DNA of 64,000 nt from Alphaproteobacteria bacterium (GCA_965221125.1 CBDCRW010000003.1:320001-384000), one strand, 5' to 3'. Positions 26,136 through 36,771 are shown, counted from the first letter of the stretch. Translations and numbers: made by a program. The notes: generated by a model from the sequence alone, not told the origin.

Positions 26136-28736
26136 CTAGAACCGCGCGTTGAAGGTGAGGAAGAAGGTGCGTCCCCAGCCGGCTGCGGTCGGCCCGTCCG
26201 TGCTGCTGGGGTTGGAGGTGTCCGTCGTGAGCGGCGTGTCGGTGAGATTGAAAACGCCGGCCGAGAACCGCGCGCCGTCGAGCCCCAGCGGATCGGCCCA
26301 GTCCAGCACCACGTCGTGACCGGTCCAGGACTCGAAGGTTCCGGAGCGTGACGCGTTCTCGAAGCTGGAGCGGTAATTGGCGGTCCAGATCGCGCTCAGG
26401 TTGCCGCGCTTCACCAGGAAGCCGACGCGAAAGGCATTCCGGGCGATGACGTACGGGGCCTCCACGCCCGCGTAGCGCCGTTCGGCGTCGATGACGTAGC
26501 GCCAGGCCCCGCGCATGCCGACGATGCCCCAGTCCGTCCTGAAGCCCCCGCCGAAGCGCGTGTTGATGCCCGAGATCTCGGACTCGGCGATATTGTCGAA
26601 GCCCCGGCGAATGGTGATGTCACCGCCCTGGCGATCGATGCAGTTCTCCCTGGCGCCTCCTGCCGCGCATTCGGGCAGATTCAGCATGGCCCAGGTCGCG
26701 GTGTTCAGCCCTACCCCGTCGGAAACCGACAGCCGGTACCATTCCCCACTCAGGAAGAACGGCCCCTCGCGCGCCTCGGCGCCGAAGGAGAGCCTCTCCG
26801 CCTTCACGGGATCGAGACTCGTATTGCCTGAGAGCTCCTGCGTCACCTGCCGGGGGTTCGGCGCCGCGCAGGTGCGGGGTGGAGGACCGGCGCCCGGATC
26901 GCACAGCACGTAGGGATGGCCCTGCACCTCGGTGCTGTAGAGATACACCATTCCGGGCGACGACTCTCCCGTGCTCCAGGAGCCCCGCAGCGTAAAGATG
27001 TCGGTTGCCCGGTATTCGGTCCCAAGGCGCCAGGATGCCAGCCCGCCCACATCGTCGAGTTCGACGCCGCGCCCCGCGACCCTGAGGTCGAGCGCGTCGG
27101 CCACCGGAAGCAACGCTTCGCCGAATACCGCGGCGGATTGGCGCTCGCCGGCGTAGCTCACCCCGCCGGATCCAAGTACCTCGGTCACGTTGTAGATCGC
27201 GCCGTCCCGGCCGCGATATTGAAGGATTTGACGCGCTTCGGATCTGCCCAGCTCGATCCCCGTCGTCCACGCCGTATCGCCGCCGCCGATCGCGAAGCCG
27301 GATCCCTCCAGCGCCATCCGGGCGCCGAGGGACTCCGCGCCGGAATCCTCCTCCTGCCGCACCCGGCTGTCCCTTATGGCATCCAGATGCGCCGGATCGT
27401 CGGAAAACGGGTCTTCGAGGTCGTACGCCCCCGCTCTGATTCTCTCCCTCATCGTTTGCGCATGCACCAGATTAAAGCCGGTCTTGAGACTGTCCCACTG
27501 ATAGGCGCGGATGCGCGCATCGTAGCCCAGGCTCTCCGTCAGGCGACCCTCGATGCCCAGGGAGATGTCGTATTCCTCTCCCCTTGTCACCCACTCCCGG
27601 TTGCCGTGGCCTACCATGCGGTGCCCCACCGAGAAGCGGTCGTCCGCATCCGCTTGAAAGTCCGAGCCGGCCGATACGGCTGCAGCGTTGATCGCTTCCA
27701 GCAGGTCCGGTTCGCCGTCGTTGTCGCTATCCGTCTGGGGCAGAGGGAAGGAGAAAACATCGACCGACGGCGCATAGACGGACTTCGTCTCGTATTGCGA
27801 GAAGTTTGCGTCCAGACGCAGTTCGACATCGTCGCCGAGGGGATGATCGAGGTCCACGACGGCGGTCTGCTGCTCACGGCTCATGGTGTCCCACCAGATG
27901 TCGCCATAGGCGTAGCCGCAGCCCTCGTCATCGTTGTCCGGGTCGGTGCCGGGCGGGTTGCTGAGCCCGGGGACGTAGCCATGCGCCGGGTCGCAGTCCC
28001 CCAGCGCGACCGATCTTTTCGGCAAGGGCTCGTCGTTATTGTCCAGCTCCGGGTTGCCGTCTTGATCCAGCCGGACGACGAAAACGGTGTTGCCGCTGAC
28101 GCTGACATTCTTGGACTGACTGAACGTTCCGCCGTCCACCCATTCGGATCTACTGTGCACCCGGCTCCGGCCGGGGATTTCCTGGCGATCGATGACGTCC
28201 ACGCCGAGGGTCATGCGCCCCTCGCCGACCGAGCCGCCCCAGAAGACGCTGCCCTGCCGGCCGTCGCCGCCGTCGCGGCTCGGCATGCGCGTGCCCGCGC
28301 GCGTCTCGAAGCCGTCCAGGTCCTTACGGAGCACGACGTTGATCGCGCCGCGCAGCGTGCCGGCGCCGAGAGTGCCCAGGCTGTCGCCGCCGAGAATCTC
28401 GATGCGCTCGACCGCCGAAAGGGGCAGGGGTTCCAGATCGCCGCCTGTGGAGGAGTACGGCCTGCCATCGACCAGGACGAGCAGCGCCTGCCCCCCGGTG
28501 AGGAAGTAGCGGGTGATGCCGGTATTCAGCAGCTCTTCAAGCGTCTGCGCGCCCGAACGCTCGATAAAGCCGCGGTCGAATTCGGCGACAACGCGCGGTC
28601 CGGGCGCGAGGGAGCCGGCCTGTGCCGCGCCCGCCGCCAGCATGGCAAGAACGGCAAGCGAAGCCAGAAGGCTCCGTATCGGAATTCTGCATCCGTTTCG
28701 TGCTACGCCGGATGGATGCGCATGTGTCGCGTGCAT
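26136..28736 (-). CDS. TonB-dependent-receptor-like outer-membrane protein with abbreviated plug
   Basis: Signal peptide ...AAGAAQA; LVLVDGRP, PLSAVERIEILG, GAINVVLRKDLDG; barrel ending GRTFFLTFNARF. Start could be 28805, 28769 or 28736. Confidence 0.85.
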   Translation of the reverse strand: MHATHAHPSGVARNGCRIPIRSLLASLAVLAMLAAGAAQAGSLAPGPRVVAEFDRGFIERSGAQTLEELLNTGITRYFLTGGQALLVLVDGRPYSSTGGDLEPLPLSAVERIEILGGDSLGTLGAGTLRGAINVVLRKDLDGFETRAGTRMPSRDGGDGRQGSVFWGGSVGEGRMTLGVDVIDRQEIPGRSRVHSRSEWVDGGTFSQSKNVSVSGNTVFVVRLDQDGNPELDNNDEPLPKRSVALGDCDPAHGYVPGLSNPPGTDPDNDDEGCGYAYGDIWWDTMSREQQTAVVDLDHPLGDDVELRLDANFSQYETKSVYAPSVDVFSFPLPQTDSDNDGEPDLLEAINAAAVSAGSDFQADADDRFSVGHRMVGHGNREWVTRGEEYDISLGIEGRLTESLGYDARIRAYQWDSLKTGFNLVHAQTMRERIRAGAYDLEDPFSDDPAHLDAIRDSRVRQEEDSGAESLGARMALEGSGFAIGGGDTAWTTGIELGRSEARQILQYRGRDGAIYNVTEVLGSGGVSYAGERQSAAVFGEALLPVADALDLRVAGRGVELDDVGGLASWRLGTEYRATDIFTLRGSWSTGESSPGMVYLYSTEVQGHPYVLCDPGAGPPPRTCAAPNPRQVTQELSGNTSLDPVKAERLSFGAEAREGPFFLSGEWYRLSVSDGVGLNTATWAMLNLPECAAGGARENCIDRQGGDITIRRGFDNIAESEISGINTRFGGGFRTDWGIVGMRGAWRYVIDAERRYAGVEAPYVIARNAFRVGFLVKRGNLSAIWTANYRSSFENASRSGTFESWTGHDVVLDWADPLGLDGARFSAGVFNLTDTPLTTDTSNPSSTDGPTAAGWGRTFFLTFNARF

Positions 28737-28907
28737 GCTGCTGCCCTCCCCTTCGCCCCGGCACCTCATACAACATTCCGGCCGCCCGGACGACGCGCCG
28801 AGCATATTGGCAACCGCCCCGTCACCGAAGAACGATTTTCCGATGGCACCGAGAATTTTTGCAAATAGCCGGGAGGCTCGCCGCTCAAGCCGTATGCCGA
28901 GCCGGTC

Positions 28908-29765
28908 CTAGCGGCCGTAGTTAAAATCCGTCTCTTCGCTGTCCTCGTATTCCGCGAGGATCTCGTCCATCTCGGCGTAGGCGGCCTCTTCCTCCTCCTG
29001 CTTCTTGCGGCGCTTCTTCTCGACGAAGCCGACGGAGATGATCGAGATCTCGTAGAGCGCGATCAGCGGGATGCCGAGCCCGACCTGGCTGAAGAGGTCC
29101 GGCGGCGTGAGGATCGCCGCGGCGATGAACACGATGACGATGGCGTACTTGCGCTTGCGCTTGAGCCCGGCCGACGTGGCAAGGCCGGCACGGCCCATGA
29201 GCGTCAGCATCACCGGAAGCTGGAAGGCGATGCCGAAGGCGAAGATCAGCTTCATCACCAGCGACAGGTACTCGCCGATCTTGGGCAGCAGCTCGAGGCC
29301 GAGACGTTCGTCCGTGGGCGTGTCCTGGAACGAGACGAAGAAATTGAAGGCCTGTGGGAAGATGAAGTAGTAAACCAATGCGCCACCGGAGAAAAACAGG
29401 ACCGGCGTGATGAACAGGAAGGGCAGGACGGCCCTCTTCTCGTTCTTGTAGAGCCCCGGCGCCACGAACATCCAGAACTGCGTCGCGATCAGCGGGAAGG
29501 AGACGAAGAAGGCGCCCCAGAAGGCGATCTTCAGCTCGGTGAAGAACGCCTCCAGCAGGTGGGTGTAGATCAGGTTGGTGTCGTGCCCTTCTTCGGCCAG
29601 CACATCGCGCAGCGGCTCGACCAGGAAGGCGAAGATGTCCGAAGCCACGTACCAGCAGCCGAGAAAGGCGATGACGAGCCCGATGGCCGCAAAGGCGAGA
29701 CGGCGCCTGAGCTCGATCAGGTGGTCGATCAGCGGCGCGCGCGATTGTTCGATCTGGTCGACCAC
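28908..29765 (-). CDS. tatC: Twin-arginine translocase TatC
   Basis: PLIDHLIELRRRL, FVAPGLYKNEK, FGIAFQLP, AAILTPPD. Confidence 0.96.
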   Translation of the reverse strand: MVDQIEQSRAPLIDHLIELRRRLAFAAIGLVIAFLGCWYVASDIFAFLVEPLRDVLAEEGHDTNLIYTHLLEAFFTELKIAFWGAFFVSFPLIATQFWMFVAPGLYKNEKRAVLPFLFITPVLFFSGGALVYYFIFPQAFNFFVSFQDTPTDERLGLELLPKIGEYLSLVMKLIFAFGIAFQLPVMLTLMGRAGLATSAGLKRKRKYAIVIVFIAAAILTPPDLFSQVGLGIPLIALYEISIISVGFVEKKRRKKQEEEEAAYAEMDEILAEYEDSEETDFNYGR

Positions 29766-29904
29766 GGGCTAGGCACTCGCCTGGAGAGAGACCGGAAGGA
29801 CGGGAACGCCGGCGGGCGGGCGGGCCGCCCCTGAATCGACGTTATGCGACACTGGCGTGCCGGACCGGGGCTGCCGCGACATTCCGGAAAACGGGACCGG
29901 GCGC

Positions 29905-30432
29905 CTAGGCGCTCGCACCGCGCGCGGGCGAGCCGTCCGCGCCGTCGCCCTGCGTCTCCGCCGCCGGCGCCGCAGGTGCGGCCTGTGCGGCAGCCGGCGC
30001 GCTCTCGGCCGCCGATGCGGCGGTCTCGGCCTGGCCGCCGTCCGCCTCCGCCGGCTGGGCGCCCGGCGGCTCGCCACCGTTGGGCTTCGCGGCCGCGGCC
30101 CCGGAAGACGGCACGACGTCCTCGTTGAGCATCTTGTTCATCGAGTCCGTGCTCTCGGCCACGTCGCGCTTCACCGCGTCCGCGCCCTCGTTCACGTCGC
30201 GCTTGGCGGTGGAAAGCTCGCGGTTCGCCTCGTCGATCTCCTTCTTGATCGCATCGATCTCGGTCGCGTCCGCAGCCTCCTCGATGGTTCGCTGGAAGTC
30301 GCGGGCGTAGCCGCGCGCCTTGCCCATCCACTGGCCCGCCGTCTTCACGATGCGCGGCAGGTCTTTCGGCCCGACGACGATCAGGGCGATCAGCATCAGG
30401 ATGATGAGCTCTTGCCAACCGAGTTCGAACAT
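29905..30432 (-). CDS. tatB: Twin-arginine translocase TatB
   Basis: MFELGWQELIILMLIALIVVGPKDLP. Confidence 0.95.
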   Translation of the reverse strand: MFELGWQELIILMLIALIVVGPKDLPRIVKTAGQWMGKARGYARDFQRTIEEAADATEIDAIKKEIDEANRELSTAKRDVNEGADAVKRDVAESTDSMNKMLNEDVVPSSGAAAAKPNGGEPPGAQPAEADGGQAETAASAAESAPAAAQAAPAAPAAETQGDGADGSPARGASA

Positions 30433-30495
30433 TCTTGTTCCCGCTCAGGAAGCGGGCGATCTCCCTGTTTCTCTGCGGCCGTCCGGCGTCCGGGT

Positions 30496-30762
30496 CTAGC
30501 TCTTGGCGGCTTCGTCCTTCTTGACTGCGCCGGCCTCGATCGGGGCGGCTTCGCTCTCGATCACCTTGGGCTCCTGCGGAGCGTCGGCCGGCGCGGTTGC
30601 GCTCTGGGCCGGCGGCGGAGGCGCCTCGCCTTCGCGCATGCCGGTCTTGAAGCTCTTGATGCCCTTGGCGAAGTCCCCCATCAGGCGCGGCAGCTTGCCG
30701 GCGCCGAACAGCAGCACGATCACCAGGACGATCAGAAGGATTTGCCAGATAGAGATACCCAT
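30496..30762 (-). CDS. tatA: Twin-arginine translocase TatA
   Basis: MGISIWQILLIVLVIVLLFGAGKLPRLMGDFAKGIKSFK. Confidence 0.96.
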   Translation of the reverse strand: MGISIWQILLIVLVIVLLFGAGKLPRLMGDFAKGIKSFKTGMREGEAPPPPAQSATAPADAPQEPKVIESEAAPIEAGAVKKDEAAKS

Positions 30763-31088
30763 GACACGGCTCCAGTCTTACGACAGCGGCGGTCGCGACA
30801 GCCGGTCACGAGCGCACCGTCAGCCGCACGTTTCCGGTCCCGCAGCCTTGCCGCCTACAGGTCCTGTATCGCAGGGAACACAAAAGTTCGGCGTCGGTCA
30901 AGCCGAATGCGGGCAGGGCTCGCGACCGCCGGCGGCGGGCGGCGGGCGAATGCGCGCACGGATCGGTGCGTCCGGCCCGCTTTTCTCACCCAGGTCACGG
31001 CCCGTAATTCCGCCCGCACCCCGGCTTGAAGCGCCTCCGCAGTCCGACTACGGTGCCGACCCGTCACCGAGCCGCAAGGGGGGAGAGC

Positions 31089-32891
31089 ATGGAGCTTCAG
31101 CGGGAAGCGTTGATCGACGTGGCCATGGGCTACGAGCCCGCCGACGCGGTCATCAGGAACGGCAGCGTGGTCAACGTCCACACCGGCACCATCAAGGCCG
31201 AAGGGATCGCCATCAAGGGCGAGCGCATCGCCGCCGTCGGCGACGTGGACTACGCCGTCGGCGACGACACCGCCATCATCGATGCAGGCGGGCGCTTCCT
31301 GGTGCCGGGCCTCATCGACCCCCATTGCCACCAGTGGCACACCTACGCCAACTCGACCGTGTTCGCCGCCTGCCGGCTGCTGCACGGGTCGACGACGATC
31401 GTGGACGGCTTCTACGGCCACGCCATCGTCAACGGCATGCGCGCGTCGCGCTACTTCCTCGACGAGCTGCTGGCGACGCCGGTCAAGCCGATCTTCGTCA
31501 CCCCCACCATGTGCTACACGCAGAACCGCGGCATCGGCTTCCCCGCCTCGCCCAACGCGCCCAGCATCGAGGACCTCCGCGACTCGCTCACCTGGCCCGA
31601 GACCAAGGGCATCGAGGAGATCAGCCCGGAGCTGATGCTCTATCAGAACCAGCGCGACCGGGCGCTGCTCAGCCTGATGGAGGAGGCGCTCGACATGGGC
31701 AAGGTCATCCAGGGCCACTCCGCAGGGATGACCGACGAGAAGATCACCAATGCCTGGGTCGCCTCCGGGATCATGCACAACCACGAGATCGTCAACGCCT
31801 CGGAGACCCGCCGCCAGGCCGAGCTCGGCATCTGGATCGTCATCCGGGAAGGCAGCGCCTGCAAGGACATAGAGGCGTGTCTTCCGGTGATTACCGAGGA
31901 AGGCTACCACCCCCGCGCCTACCAGCTCTGCACCGACGTGATCACGCCGGACTGGATGCTGGAGCGCGGCCAGATGGACAACGCGATCCGCGTCGCCGTG
32001 CAGAACGGCATGGACCCGATGACCGCGATCCAGATGTCCACGATCCAGCCGGCCGAGTTCTACCGCGTCAACCACGACATGGGCATGATCGCCGCGGGCC
32101 GCTACGCCGACATCGTGTTCGTGGACACGCTCGAGGGGTTCGAGATCGACCGCGTCATGGCCAACGGCAAGCTCTGGGTCGAGGGCGGCAAGCTGGTCGC
32201 GCCGCTGGAGAACCCGGACTACCCGGACTGGCTCTACGGCACCATGAACATCGACCGGGTGCTGGAGCCCGAAGATTTCCGCATCGCCGCGCCGGCCGGC
32301 GCGGGCGATACCGTGCGGGTGCAGTGCATCAACACGCGGGACGGCTCGCTGGAGACGCCGGGCTCGGTGGAGACGCTGCCCGTCGTGGGCGGCTACGTGC
32401 AGGCGGACCCGGAGAACGGCATCAACAAGATCTGCATGATCGACCGCATCATGGGCACCGGCGAAGTCGGCGTCGCCTTCGTCAAGGGGTTCGGGATCAA
32501 GGAGGGCTGCATTGGCACCACCGCCAACGTCTTCAACCAGAACATCGTCCTGGTCGGCGCCTCGGACGAGGACATGGCGGCAGCGGCCAACGAGACCATC
32601 AAGATGGACGGCGGCTTCATCGCGCTGCGCAACGGCACGGTCGAGGCGGCGCTGCCTACGCCGCTGAACGGGCTCGCCTCGGACCTCCCCTTCGACCAGC
32701 TTTTCGAGCGCCAATACAAGCTGATAGACGCCTGGCGTGACATGGGATGCGAGCTGGAAACGCCGCAGATGAACCTCGAATTCGTCTCGCTCGTCACCAT
32801 CCCCTACTACCGCATCAGCACCAAGGGCCTCGCCTACATGACCCAGGACCGCTTCGAGCTGGCGGAGCTCTTCGTCGACGAAGCGGCCTGA
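31089..32891 (+). CDS. Adenine-deaminase (AdeC) family amidohydrolase with divergent active site
   Basis: PGLIDPHCH, GHS, NHE, IREGSA, LCTDV, GRYADI plus an AdeC C-terminal domain; GGAGAG RBS. Confidence 0.85.
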   Translation: MELQREALIDVAMGYEPADAVIRNGSVVNVHTGTIKAEGIAIKGERIAAVGDVDYAVGDDTAIIDAGGRFLVPGLIDPHCHQWHTYANSTVFAACRLLHGSTTIVDGFYGHAIVNGMRASRYFLDELLATPVKPIFVTPTMCYTQNRGIGFPASPNAPSIEDLRDSLTWPETKGIEEISPELMLYQNQRDRALLSLMEEALDMGKVIQGHSAGMTDEKITNAWVASGIMHNHEIVNASETRRQAELGIWIVIREGSACKDIEACLPVITEEGYHPRAYQLCTDVITPDWMLERGQMDNAIRVAVQNGMDPMTAIQMSTIQPAEFYRVNHDMGMIAAGRYADIVFVDTLEGFEIDRVMANGKLWVEGGKLVAPLENPDYPDWLYGTMNIDRVLEPEDFRIAAPAGAGDTVRVQCINTRDGSLETPGSVETLPVVGGYVQADPENGINKICMIDRIMGTGEVGVAFVKGFGIKEGCIGTTANVFNQNIVLVGASDEDMAAAANETIKMDGGFIALRNGTVEAALPTPLNGLASDLPFDQLFERQYKLIDAWRDMGCELETPQMNLEFVSLVTIPYYRISTKGLAYMTQDRFELAELFVDEAA

Positions 32892-32908
32892 GCCGCGCGG
32901 GCCCGGTC

Positions 32909-33910
32909 GTGACAGGCGCCGCAGGAGCGCGGGAGGGCGCCGAAGGCGAACTCAGGGTCGGCGTGGTGGGCGTCGGCCACTTCGGCCGCTATCACGCGGA
33001 GAAGATGGCGGCGCTCGCGGGCGCCCGCCTTGTCGCCGTCGCGGACCCCGACAGCGCACGGGCCAGCGAGATCGCGGCCCGGCTGGATACGGACGCCGTC
33101 GCCGATCACCGCGCGCTCATCGGCCGCATCGACGCCGCATCGGTCGCCGTGCCGGCCGCGGCGCACTACGCGGTCGTGAAGGACTTTTTGGACGCCGGCA
33201 TTCACGTGCTGGTGGAAAAACCCTTCACCGAGCGCGTCGCCACCGCTTCGGAACTCGCGGCCCTGGCCGAGGCCAGGGGGCTGGTGCTGCAGGTCGGCCT
33301 GATCGAGCGCTTCTCCGAGGCCTTCCGCACCGTCGCGCCCAGGATCACCCGGCCGGTCTACATGGAAGCGGTCCGAATTTCTCCCTTCTCGCCGCGCGGC
33401 ACGGACGTGAGCGTCGTCCTCGACATGATGATCCACGACATCGACATCGTTCTCGCGCTGGTGGACGCGCCGGTCGCCGAGATCGATGCCGTCGGCGCGC
33501 CCGTGTTCTCGGCGAGCGAGGACATCGCCAACGCGCGCCTGAAATTCGCCAACGGCTGCGTCGCCAACGTCACCGCGAGCCGGGTCAGCCTCAAGACCGA
33601 GCGCACGCTCCGCGTCTTCCAGCCCGACGTCTACGTCAAGGTGGACCACGGCGAGCGCAGCGTGCGCGTCGCGCGGCGGAAGGAGGGCGATGCACCGCCG
33701 ACGGGGCCGGAGGGCGTGGCGCTGGAGCACCTCCGCTTCGAGCAGGGCGACGCGCTCCGGCGCGAGATCGAATCGTTCGCGGAGACGGTGCGCAGCGGCG
33801 GCGTGCCGGTGGTGACCGGCGCCGACGGCGTGCGCTCGCTCGAAGTGGCGCACCGCATCACCGCCAGCATCGCCGAGAACCGGGCGAGGCTGGACCTCGC
33901 CGAAAATTAG
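32909..33910 (+). CDS. Gfo/Idh/MocA oxidoreductase (GnnA-like)
   Basis: VGVVGVGHFG, HVLVEKP, RGTDVSVVLDMMIHDID, ANVTASRVS. Start approximate. Confidence 0.85.
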   Translation: MTGAAGAREGAEGELRVGVVGVGHFGRYHAEKMAALAGARLVAVADPDSARASEIAARLDTDAVADHRALIGRIDAASVAVPAAAHYAVVKDFLDAGIHVLVEKPFTERVATASELAALAEARGLVLQVGLIERFSEAFRTVAPRITRPVYMEAVRISPFSPRGTDVSVVLDMMIHDIDIVLALVDAPVAEIDAVGAPVFSASEDIANARLKFANGCVANVTASRVSLKTERTLRVFQPDVYVKVDHGERSVRVARRKEGDAPPTGPEGVALEHLRFEQGDALRREIESFAETVRSGGVPVVTGADGVRSLEVAHRITASIAENRARLDLAEN

Positions 33911-33925
33911 CCCTCTCGGACGAGG

Positions 33926-34693
33926 CTACTCCGCCGCGTCGCGGGTGACGCCCGTGCCCGGCAGCGGCTCGTAGCCGACCACGGGCTTCGCGGGCGGCTG
34001 CTCGTAGGTGATCTTGCTGTGGCTGAGCCCCGCGTCCACCAGGCCCGCCGCCATCTTGATCGCCCACGGGATCGGATCGACCACGGGCACGTCGTAGCCC
34101 CGGGCGAGCAACCCCTGGCGCACGGCGTCCGCGCACCCCAGCATGCCGGTACAGCCGAAGATGATCGCGTCGGCTCCGTCGTCCTCCACCGCGCGGACCG
34201 CCTCTTCGGCGAGCGCTGCCTTGGTGCGCTCCAGGTCCTGCTCCAGCTCCAGCACCGGGATCGAGACGGAGCGGACCGACGCGAGCTTCTCGCGCACGCC
34301 GTAGATCTGCGCCTGATGCTCGAACTGCGCGCGCAGCCGCTTGAGCACGGTGACGACGCTGAAGGTGTGCCCCAGCATGGAGGCCACGTGCATCGCCGCC
34401 TCGCACGGCCCGATCACGGGGATGGAGACGCACTCACGCCCCGGCAGCATGCCGGGATCGCCCATGCAGTCGATCACCACCGCGTCGCAGCCCTCGCGCT
34501 CGGCCTCGACGATCTTGGCGATCGTGCCGGGCACGGCCAGCGCCTCGTCGTACTCGCACTCGATCGAAGCCGGCCCGGTCTCGATCTCGATATGGCTGAT
34601 CGTCAGGTCCGGGCGCTCCAGCGCGCGGAACTCGGACTTGTCGCGAAACCCCCAGGTCGTGATCGGGGTCACCACCCTCACGTCGGTTGCCAT
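33926..34693 (-). CDS. Hydantoin racemase (Asp/Glu/hydantoin racemase family)
   Basis: GPASIEC, IDCMGDPG and FGCTGM (two catalytic Cys), VPVVDP, GLSHSK. Confidence 0.88.
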   Translation of the reverse strand: MATDVRVVTPITTWGFRDKSEFRALERPDLTISHIEIETGPASIECEYDEALAVPGTIAKIVEAEREGCDAVVIDCMGDPGMLPGRECVSIPVIGPCEAAMHVASMLGHTFSVVTVLKRLRAQFEHQAQIYGVREKLASVRSVSIPVLELEQDLERTKAALAEEAVRAVEDDGADAIIFGCTGMLGCADAVRQGLLARGYDVPVVDPIPWAIKMAAGLVDAGLSHSKITYEQPPAKPVVGYEPLPGTGVTRDAAE

Positions 34694-34863
34694 CTTCGGT
34701 CCTCCCTCGGCCGTGCTCATCACCGGCTTACCGCCGCAGCCGCCTTCGTTCAAGGAAAGACGTGAGCCGGGCGGATGCTCGCGCGATTGATTCGGCCTTC
34801 CCGCGTGTGTTTCCATGCCGCCCGCTTCATCCGCCCGCGTCAATCCCTCGGCGAGACCCCCCA

Positions 34864-35553
34864 ATGAACGAGAAGCAGCTAGACACCGCGCTCCTGCCCT
34901 ACCCGCTGCCGCCCTGGAGGCACCGCTTCCGCACGCTCAGCGTCTTCTGCGAGGTCGACGAGGCGGCGCTCAGGCCCCGCGTGCCGGCGCCGCTGGAGCT
35001 CGCGTCCAACGTCGTGCAGATCACCGTCATGCACTTCGAGAGCACGGTGCCGGCGCGGCCCTACTACGACAGCGCCGTGATCGCGCAAGTGCGCTACGGC
35101 GGCGAGGTCGGCGGGCACTGGGTGCACGCCTTCACCAGCACCGACCAGGTGTGCGCCGGCACCCGCGAGCTCTGGGGCTTTCGCATGAAGCTCGCGTCCA
35201 TGGAGCTTCACGTGGACGCGAACAGGATATGGGGCTTCACCGAGCGCCTGGGCCGGCGCGTGATCGCAATCGACATGCGGCCCACGGGCCGGGAGTTCGA
35301 GCCGCTGAGAACCTTCCCCCGCCTGTTCGTCAAGGCGCTGCCGGAGGCCGACCGCGCGGACGCGATCAAGCGTCAGGTGGTGCAGCTGCCGGCGGAGACG
35401 GAGATCACCGGGACCGTCTGGGGCGAGGGCACGGTCGCCTTCGAGCCGAGCGAGGACGACCCCACGCACCTGCTCAGCCCGAAGCGCGTCCTCGGCGCGA
35501 GCCTCGTCTCCGGCAACCAGGTCCTGCCCTGGGGCGTGGTGCTCTCGGAATAG
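34864..35553 (+). CDS. Acetoacetate-decarboxylase-like (ADC superfamily) protein
   Basis: YPLPPW, PYYDSAV, AGTRELWGFRMKLA, WGEGTVAF. Confidence 0.78.
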   Translation: MNEKQLDTALLPYPLPPWRHRFRTLSVFCEVDEAALRPRVPAPLELASNVVQITVMHFESTVPARPYYDSAVIAQVRYGGEVGGHWVHAFTSTDQVCAGTRELWGFRMKLASMELHVDANRIWGFTERLGRRVIAIDMRPTGREFEPLRTFPRLFVKALPEADRADAIKRQVVQLPAETEITGTVWGEGTVAFEPSEDDPTHLLSPKRVLGASLVSGNQVLPWGVVLSE

Positions 35554-35565
35554 CGGCTGGCAGGG

Positions 35566-36771
35566 CTACACCCGCTCCAGGATCATGGCGATGCCCTGGC
35601 CGACGCCGATGCACATGGTGCAGAGCGCGTAGCGGCCGCCCCGGCGTTCCAGTTCGCGGACGGCGGTCAGCACCAGCCGCGCCCCGCTCATGCCGAGCGG
35701 ATGGCCGAAGGCGATGGCGCCGCCGTTGGGGTTCACGTGACCGGCGTCGTCCGGCAGCCCGAGCGCGCGGGTGACCGCCAGCACCTGCGCGGCGAAGGCC
35801 TCGTTCAGCTCGATCACGTCCATGCGGTCGAGATCGAGGCCGGCCTTCGCCAGCACCTTGCGGGACGCCGGCGCAGGCCCCACGCCCATGATGCGGGGCG
35901 CGACGCCCGCGCTCGCCATGGCGACGACGCGCGCGCGCGGCGTGAGGCCGTGGCGCCTGGCCGCATCCTCCGACGCCACCAGCAGCGCGCAGGCGCCGTC
36001 GTTGACGCCCGATGCGTTGCCGGCGGTCACCGTGCCGCCGTCCCGGAACGGCGTCGGCAGCTTGGCGAGCCCTTCCAACGTCGTCTGCGGCCTTGGGTGC
36101 TCGTCGTCGGCGACGACGACCGCATCGCCCTTGCGCTGCGGGATCGTAACCGGCGTGATCTCGCTCGCGAGCCGGCCGTCCTCGATGGCGGCCGCGGCGC
36201 GGCGCTGGCTGCGGTAGGCGTAGGCGTCCTGTTCCGGGCGCCCGACCTGGTATTCCTCGGCGACGTTCTCCGCCGTCTCCGGCATCGAATCGACGCCGTG
36301 CGCGGCCTTCATCAGCCTGTTGACGAAGCGCCAGCCGAGGGTGGTGTCGTGGACCGTGGCCTGGCGCGAGAACGCCGTCTCGGCCTTGGCCATGACGAAG
36401 GGCGCGCGGGTCATGCTCTCGACCCCGCCGGCAATCGCGAGCGCCCCCTCGCCCGCCTTGATCGCCCGCGCGGCGCTGCCCACGGCCTCCATGCCGGAGC
36501 CGCAGAGCCGGTTGACGGTGACGCCCGGCACGGTCTCCGGCAGGCCTGCGAGCAGCGACGCCATGCGGGCCACGTTGCGGTTGTCCTCGCCCGCCTGGTT
36601 GGCGCAGCCGAACACCACGTCGTCCACGGCCGCCCAGTCCACGCCCGCGTTGCGCGCCATCAGCGCCGCGATCGGCACGGCGCCGAGATCGTCGGGGCGG
36701 ACGGCGGAGAGCGCGCCGCCGAAACGGCCGATGGGGGTCCTCTGTCCATCGCAGATGAAGGCCTCGGTCAT
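35566..36771 (-). CDS. pcaF: 3-oxoadipyl-CoA thiolase (PcaF/PaaJ)
   Basis: [23 protein letters not shown] (Cys), [20 protein letters not shown]. Confidence 0.94.
   Translation of the reverse strand: MTEAFICDGQRTPIGRFGGALSAVRPDDLGAVPIAALMARNAGVDWAAVDDVVFGCANQAGEDNRNVARMASLLAGLPETVPGVTVNRLCGSGMEAVGSAARAIKAGEGALAIAGGVESMTRAPFVMAKAETAFSRQATVHDTTLGWRFVNRLMKAAHGVDSMPETAENVAEEYQVGRPEQDAYAYRSQRRAAAAIEDGRLASEITPVTIPQRKGDAVVVADDEHPRPQTTLEGLAKLPTPFRDGGTVTAGNASGVNDGACALLVASEDAARRHGLTPRARVVAMASAGVAPRIMGVGPAPASRKVLAKAGLDLDRMDVIELNEAFAAQVLAVTRALGLPDDAGHVNPNGGAIAFGHPLGMSGARLVLTAVRELERRGGRYALCTMCIGVGQGIAMILERV

Noticed and set aside
32909-33910. Firm gnnA call implying diamino-glucose lipid A
   Set aside because: Motifs are similar, but no gnnB or lpx genes are nearby and the usual GHxERFN reads GLIERFS; kept at family level.
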